This document shows positions 58,830 to 64,000 of a stretch of 64,000 nt of DNA, one piece after another (positions within the stretch are counted from its first letter, which is position 1; each line of letters begins with the position of its first letter). The translations under genes were made by a program, and so were the position numbers. Under the pieces are notes generated by a model. That model worked only from the letters and a program-made list of their open reading frames with translations. It was not told the DNA's origin and did no database searches. This stretch comes from Bacteroidota bacterium (GTDB taxonomy: Bacteria; Bacteroidota; Bacteroidia; UKL13-3). The stretch is taken from positions 64,957 through 128,956 of the forward strand of contig JAIXWD010000005.1 in assembly GCA_027482225.1 (NCBI GenBank), given 5' to 3'.

Positions 58830-59294
58830 ATCGTTCAAATCCTTTTGGTAGTCGTATTGTAAATCTTCATGTAATTTACTTAACTCCTTGTTTATTTTTT
58901 TTAGTTGAGCATCGTACAAATTCATCAATTGATTGCTTTCGTAAAGCAAGTTTTCGAGTTTACGCAAGTGCTGCAAAAAGTAAATTAATAATTCAATATT
59001 AGTTTGCGCAACACCACTGTATTTGGCATGCTTATTTACCCCACGTAATATTTTACGAATTGTTTTTTTAGCGTAGTACACATGCGATGTATTTAAATCC
59101 TTAAACTGCTCATCAATTTCTTGTTTTACTTGATTAATAAATTGTTGCTCATTAGCAGCCTCAAATAATAAATAATGTAACAGTTCTTTATTCTCCTTTT
59201 TATATTTGGCCAAACGCACACAAAGCTCTACCAACTGCGGATATGGCAAGGTTTGCATTTCTTTTTTTAACTGAGCTAATGTAGTTGTTTGCAT
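58821..59294 (-). CDS. Hypothetical helical protein
   Basis: A 157-aa ORF with good coding appearance and no recognisable motif. Confidence 0.4.
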   Translation of the reverse strand: MQTTTLAQLKKEMQTLPYPQLVELCVRLAKYKKENKELLHYLLFEAANEQQFINQVKQEIDEQFKDLNTSHVYYAKKTIRKILRGVNKHAKYSGVAQTNIELLIYFLQHLRKLENLLYESNQLMNLYDAQLKKINKELSKLHEDLQYDYQKDLNDLT

Positions 59295-59308
59295 AATATG
59301 TTTAAAGT

Positions 59309-59342
59309 AAAAAGCCTCCTGCTTTTCAACAGAAGGCTTTTA
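59309..59342 (-). terminator. Rho-independent terminator downstream of the E1 gene (palindromic, usable in both directions)
   Basis: AAAAGCCTCC-tgcttttcaaca-GAAGGCTTTTT. Confidence 0.6.
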
Positions 59343-59357
59343 TAAAAATACAATGAA

Positions 59358-61763
59358 TTAAATAAATTTAGGATACTGAGTTGGGTTGTACTCATGCATC
59401 ATATCCATAATGGCTTCGAAAATATCTTCGGCACTAGGCTTGCTAAAATAATCACCATCGGTGCCATAAGCAGGACGGTGAGCTTTAGCTGCAATAGTTA
59501 ATGGTTTAGCATCAAGGTATTTATAAGCCTCTTGATCTTCCAATACTTGTTGCATCATGTAAGCCGATGCCCCACCCGGTACATCTTCATCAATAAATAC
59601 CACTTTATTTGTTTTCTTAATTGATTCAACAATGTTGTGGTTGATATCAAATGGCAATAAAGTTTGTACATCAATTAACTCGCAATTGATACCAAACTCT
59701 TGCAATTGTTTAATAGCCTCTTCAATAACTCTTAATGTACTTCCGTAACTTACAATTGTAACATCACTACCGTCAATTAAAGTTTCTGTAACACCAAGTG
59801 GAATATTGTATTCGCCTAAGTTATCAGGCAACCGTTCTTTTAAACGATATCCATTTAAACACTCAATAATTAGTGCAGGCTCATCGCTTTGCAACATGGT
59901 ATTGTAAAAACCTGCTGCTTGCACCATATTACGAGGCACCAATACATGCATACCACGAAGCGAATTAAGTATCATACCAATAGGTGAACCACTGTGCCAG
60001 ATACCCTCTAAACGATGTCCGCGGGTACGAACAATTAAAGGTGCTTTTTGTCCGCCTTTGGTTCGGTACTGAAGCGTTGCTAAATCATCGCTTAATGGTT
60101 GCAAGCCATACAGTAAGTAATCTAAGTATTGAATTTCGGCAATTGGACGTAAACCACGTAATGCAGCTCCTATGCCTTGTCCAATAATAGTTAACTCACG
60201 AATACCTGTATCAAACACACGACTCTCACCGTGTTTTTCTTGTAATCCAGCAAAACCTTGGTTTACATCACCAATTTTGCCTACGTCTTCACCAAAAGCA
60301 AATACACGTGGATCGCGCGTTAAAGCTAAATCAAAAAACGCTTGCATGACTTCACGTCCATCCACTACTTTGCTATCATCACTAAAAATTGGTTTTACTT
60401 CATTTACCTTTAAAGCAGATTCAGCGCTTTCGCTAAATAGGTAACTATTATATCTTTCCGCGTTTATTTCTTTAAAATTAGCTTTAAATAGTATCAGCGC
60501 ATTGCGCTCACTTGAATTGGTTGCATATGTTAGGCGCAATGCTTTATTTATAGCCACACCAATGTCTTTACGTACAGGCTCGCTGATGCTTAACAACTCG
60601 TTAGCAATTTTTGTAATTTCGTTTTTACCCGATACGTTTGCCAATTGTTCTAACAAGGCAACACCTTGTTTTACCTCATTTTTTATTGGAGATAGATAGG
60701 CCTCCCATGCAGCTTTTTTTGCATTATTTACATGCACTTTTGCCTCAGCTTCTAATGCCTCAATCTCATCAATTGATGCTATACTGTTGTCTATAATAAA
60801 CTCACGAAATTTCTCTACGCAATCATACTGTTGTTCCCAATCTAAACGCTCTTTACTTTTGTAGCGCTCATGCGAACCTGAGGTTGAGTGGCCCTGAGGC
60901 TGAGTTAATTCTGTTACATGCACCAATACTGGCACGTGTTCTTCACGGGCAATTTTACTTGCTTTATCGTATGCAGCTACTAACTCGGCATAATTCCAAC
61001 CTTTGGCCACAATAATTTCAAAGCCGTTACCTTTTTCATCGCGTTGAAACCCCTTTAGAATCTCAGAAATATTCTCTTTGGTAGTTTGATATTTTGCAGG
61101 AACTGAAATTCCATAACCATCATCCCAAACAGAAATTACCATTGGTATTTGTAACACACCTGCTGCATTTATTGCTTCAAAAAAGTGCCCCTCGCTAGAA
61201 GAGGCATTACCAATTGTACCCCATGCAACCTCATTACCGTTATCGCTAAAAAGGTTATCGCCAATAATTTTTGTATTTTGACGGTAATATTTACTGGCAT
61301 GAGCTAAGCCAACTAAACGCAACATTTGTCCTGCTGTTGGTGATATATCACTAGATGAGTTTTTTTGGTTTTTTAATGCCTTCCATGTTCCGTCATCATT
61401 TAAACTGCGGGTGCCAAAGTGTCCATTCATCATACGTCCTGCACTAGCTGGTTCAGCTTCTACATCAGTGTGGGCATATAGTTGTGCGAAAAACTCTTGT
61501 ACAGTATGTTGACCTATTGCCATCATAAAAGTTTGGTCGCGGTAATATCCGCTTCGAAAATCGCCATCTTGAAATGCTTTAGCCATAGCAAGTTGAGGCA
61601 ATTCCTTGCCATCACCAAAAATACCAAACTTAGCTTTTCCAGTAAGCACCTCCTTACGACCCAATAAACTGGATTGGCGACTGCGATATGCTATTACATA
61701 ATCATTTATAACTGAAGCTTTAAACTCTTCTGCATTAAATTTTGCTTGGTTAGATTTTCCCAT
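59358..61763 (-). CDS. TPP-dependent 2-oxoacid dehydrogenase E1 component, fused alpha/beta subunits
   Basis: The N-terminal half is an E1-alpha TPP-binding domain. The C-terminal half is an E1-beta transketolase-like pyrimidine-binding domain plus C-terminal domain. The length is 801 aa. Confidence 0.8.
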   Translation of the reverse strand: MGKSNQAKFNAEEFKASVINDYVIAYRSRQSSLLGRKEVLTGKAKFGIFGDGKELPQLAMAKAFQDGDFRSGYYRDQTFMMAIGQHTVQEFFAQLYAHTDVEAEPASAGRMMNGHFGTRSLNDDGTWKALKNQKNSSSDISPTAGQMLRLVGLAHASKYYRQNTKIIGDNLFSDNGNEVAWGTIGNASSSEGHFFEAINAAGVLQIPMVISVWDDGYGISVPAKYQTTKENISEILKGFQRDEKGNGFEIIVAKGWNYAELVAAYDKASKIAREEHVPVLVHVTELTQPQGHSTSGSHERYKSKERLDWEQQYDCVEKFREFIIDNSIASIDEIEALEAEAKVHVNNAKKAAWEAYLSPIKNEVKQGVALLEQLANVSGKNEITKIANELLSISEPVRKDIGVAINKALRLTYATNSSERNALILFKANFKEINAERYNSYLFSESAESALKVNEVKPIFSDDSKVVDGREVMQAFFDLALTRDPRVFAFGEDVGKIGDVNQGFAGLQEKHGESRVFDTGIRELTIIGQGIGAALRGLRPIAEIQYLDYLLYGLQPLSDDLATLQYRTKGGQKAPLIVRTRGHRLEGIWHSGSPIGMILNSLRGMHVLVPRNMVQAAGFYNTMLQSDEPALIIECLNGYRLKERLPDNLGEYNIPLGVTETLIDGSDVTIVSYGSTLRVIEEAIKQLQEFGINCELIDVQTLLPFDINHNIVESIKKTNKVVFIDEDVPGGASAYMMQQVLEDQEAYKYLDAKPLTIAAKAHRPAYGTDGDYFSKPSAEDIFEAIMDMMHEYNPTQYPKFI

Positions 61764-61972
61764 ACGGTTACATGTAATAAGTGGCCAAATATATAACCAT
61801 TGAATGAGCCTACAAAATGACTTTGATAACTCACTATTTAAGTGTTAAGTTTATTTTAAGGGCAAAAGGTTTGCAATTACAAATAGCTTGTGTAAATTCG
61901 AGGTTCCATTTTGAGTGTTTCTCTTTTTGGAACAGTTTTTGAAAACTTAAAAGAAAATTTAAATAAAACAAT

Positions 61973-62407
61973 ATGAAAAAGTTAATAATTACCGCATTTG
62001 TAGCTGTTAGCGCTGCATTCGTTTCAAATTCTCAAACCGTTGCTCCGCAAAAACCGGTTGACAAAAATGTCCCTGTTATCACTTTCGAAAAAGAAACTCA
62101 CGACTTTGGTGTAATTCCTCAAAGTGTGCCAGCTACATATACATTTGTGGTAACAAACACAGGTAAATCAGATTTAATTATTTTTAATGCTGCTGCTAGT
62201 TGTGGATGTACAACACCTGAATTTACAAAAGAGAAAATTGCTCCTGGTAAAAAAGGTTTTATAAAAGCAACATACAATGCCGCAAGCCCAGGTGCATTTA
62301 TGAAAACCGTTACTGTAACCTCAAACGCAAGTCGCGATATGGTTACTTTAACTTTAAAAGGTGAAGTAAAAGGCGCTGCTGCTCCTGCAGCAACTCCCTC
62401 AAACTAA
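61973..62407 (+). CDS. DUF1573 domain-containing secreted protein
   Basis: Signal peptide. F.F.NTGK..L.I.....SCGCTTPE motif. C-terminal Ala/Pro-rich tail. Confidence 0.7.
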   Translation: MKKLIITAFVAVSAAFVSNSQTVAPQKPVDKNVPVITFEKETHDFGVIPQSVPATYTFVVTNTGKSDLIIFNAAASCGCTTPEFTKEKIAPGKKGFIKATYNAASPGAFMKTVTVTSNASRDMVTLTLKGEVKGAAAPAATPSN

Positions 62408-62428
62408 TTAATTTTAATATTTTAAGAC

Positions 62429-62460
62429 AAACCTGTAGGCATAATACCTACAGGTTATTT
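62429..62460 (+). terminator. Hairpin between the two DUF1573 genes, a possible attenuating terminator
   Basis: ACCTGTAGG-cataata-CCTACAGGT followed by TATTTTAT. Confidence 0.45.
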
Positions 62461-62471
62461 TATATCTGTAC

Positions 62472-62897
62472 ATGAAAAAAATATTCGCAACGCTGGTGGT
62501 ATTGTTTATTGTTTTAGGTGTTAATGCCCAATCCAATGCAAATGATACCATGCCTGTAATTAAGTTTGAAAAAATTGAGCACAATTTTGGCAAAATAAAA
62601 GAAGGAACACTTGCAACTTATTCTTTTGTATTTGAAAACACTGGAAAAACTGCTTTAATTTTAAGCAATGTTCAAGCCAGTTGTGGTTGTACCACACCAG
62701 AATGGCCAAAAGAACCAATAATGGCAGGTAAAAAGGCTACCATAAAAGCTGCTTATAACTCTTACGGTAGGCCAGGTGCTTTTCACAAGGTTATTACGGT
62801 TAAGTCTAATGCTGGTGCTGATATTGTGCTGAGTATAAAGGGGGAGGTTTTAGTAAACACACCCGAACCTGTTTCTCCAGTTAGAAACAATAACTAG
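62472..62897 (+). CDS. DUF1573 domain-containing secreted protein (paralog)
   Basis: Signal peptide. FVFENTGKTALILSNVQASCGCTTPEWP. Confidence 0.7.
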   Translation: MKKIFATLVVLFIVLGVNAQSNANDTMPVIKFEKIEHNFGKIKEGTLATYSFVFENTGKTALILSNVQASCGCTTPEWPKEPIMAGKKATIKAAYNSYGRPGAFHKVITVKSNAGADIVLSIKGEVLVNTPEPVSPVRNNN

Positions 62898-62920
62898 AAG
62901 AAAAAAACTATCGATATACA

Positions 62921-62960
62921 CAAAACGCCTTGCACATTTTAGCAAGGCGTTTTGTTTTAT
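62921..62960 (+). terminator. Rho-independent terminator
   Basis: AAAACGCCTTGC-acatttta-GCAAGGCGTTTTGTTTTAT. Confidence 0.75.
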
Positions 62961-63007
62961 GTATTAGAGTATTACTTTTGCTCACCTTTTAAAAAAAACA
63001 TATTATT

Positions 63008-64000
63008 ATGATTATAGGAGTTCCTAAAGAAATTAAGAATAACGAAAATCGCGTAGGTTTAACACCTGCAGGCGTTTCGGCATTGGTAAAAGCAGGTCAC
63101 CAATTATTTGTTCAAGCTACAGCAGGCAATGGCAGTGGTATTAAAGATGAAGAATACGTAACTGCTGGTGCTACCATCTTACCAACCATAGAAGATGTAT
63201 ATGGAAAAGCTGAGATGATTATAAAAGTTAAAGAGCCAATTGAATTAGAATATCCTTTGATTAAAGAAGGTCAATTGTTATTTACTTACTTTCACTTTGC
63301 TTCGCACGAACCATTAACAACTGCAATGATTAAGAGTAAAGCGGTATGCGTAGCATACGAAACCGTTGAAAAAACTGATCGCAGCTTACCGTTATTAACT
63401 CCAATGAGTGAAGTAGCAGGCCGTATGAGTGTTCAAGAAGGTGCAAAATACTTAGAGAAGCCTATGGGTGGACGTGGTATTTTATTAGGTGGCGTTCCCG
63501 GAGTTCGTCCTGCATCTGTATTGGTTTTAGGTGGTGGTATTGTGGGAACACAAGCTGCTAAAATGGCTGCAGGTTTGGGCGCTGATGTTACATTAATGGA
63601 TATTTCTTTACCCCGTTTACGTCAGTTAGATGATTTATTACCTGCCAATGTAAAAACGGTTTACTCAAACGAGTATAACATTCGCGAAGCGATTAAAACT
63701 TCTGATTTAATTGTAGGTGCAGTATTAATTCCAGGTGCAAAAGCTCCTTCGTTAATCACCAGAGATATGTTAAATACCATGCGTCCAGGTACAGTAATGG
63801 TTGATGTGGCTATTGATCAAGGTGGTTGCTTTGAAACATCTAAAGCTACTACACATCAAGATCCTATTTATGTAGTTGATAATGTAATACACTATTGCGT
63901 AGCTAATATGCCAGGTGCAGTTCCTTACACATCAACTTTAGCGCTAACCAACGCAACTTTACCATACGCTTTACAATTAGCAAATAAAGGTTGGAAAAAG
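63008..64000 (+). CDS. ald: Alanine dehydrogenase, 3'-truncated by the window edge
   Basis: [26 protein letters not shown]-binding motif [20 protein letters not shown]. The frame is open to the end of the window. Confidence 0.9.
   Translation, partial: MIIGVPKEIKNNENRVGLTPAGVSALVKAGHQLFVQATAGNGSGIKDEEYVTAGATILPTIEDVYGKAEMIIKVKEPIELEYPLIKEGQLLFTYFHFASHEPLTTAMIKSKAVCVAYETVEKTDRSLPLLTPMSEVAGRMSVQEGAKYLEKPMGGRGILLGGVPGVRPASVLVLGGGIVGTQAAKMAAGLGADVTLMDISLPRLRQLDDLLPANVKTVYSNEYNIREAIKTSDLIVGAVLIPGAKAPSLITRDMLNTMRPGTVMVDVAIDQGGCFETSKATTHQDPIYVVDNVIHYCVANMPGAVPYTSTLALTNATLPYALQLANKGWKK

Noticed and set aside
1-64000. Mobile elements, prophage or defence systems (integrase, transposase, restriction-modification, toxin-antitoxin, CRISPR-Cas)
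   Set aside because: No ORF shows recombinase/transposase DDE or tyrosine-recombinase motifs. There are no restriction-modification methyltransferase or nuclease motifs. There are no CRISPR repeats. No direct repeats flank the AT-rich glycan locus, so I found no evidence of a mobile origin.

Overview
This is a low-GC (about 35%) chromosomal segment from a member of the Bacteroidetes. The assignment rests on the uppS-bamA-skp-skp core, a type-B T9SS C-terminal domain, a bshA-like gene, DUF1573 proteins and leaderless TAnnTTTG-type promoters. I infer about 55 protein-coding genes. I found no rRNA or tRNA, no CRISPR array, and no integrase or transposase.

Conserved housekeeping blocks:
- pyrH-frr.
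- mutL.
- alpha/beta-hydrolase, CBS protein, nadK, three DUF6089-like barrels, uppS, bamA, skp, skp.
- lnt, IMPase, rluD.
- A fused TPP-dependent E1 alpha/beta dehydrogenase, and ald.

Accessory or variable content:
1. A 0.9-kb ORF-free gap between convergent genes that is filled with two families of short dispersed repeats (1207-2114).
2. A tandem FKBP domain/gene amplification that carried its 3' flank with it.
3. A cluster of four predicted membrane glycosyltransferases next to mutL: GT9-like, a DUF2079-like GT-C protein, a PIG-V-like GT-C protein and an unknown polytopic protein.
4. A 1633-aa Cys-rich adhesin-like T9SS substrate with a type-B C-terminal domain.
5. An AT-rich glycan biosynthesis locus (30920-38712) with three glycosyltransferases, a Wzx-like flippase, three different methyltransferases and a translationally coupled PabA/TrpG-like amidotransferase.
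6. A PorV/PorQ-family barrel, an NHL-repeat lipoprotein and a TonB-dependent receptor.

The ORF track calls GTG and TTG as M, so I re-derived the ATG starts for several genes. All of this is read from the sequence alone. I ran no database searches.
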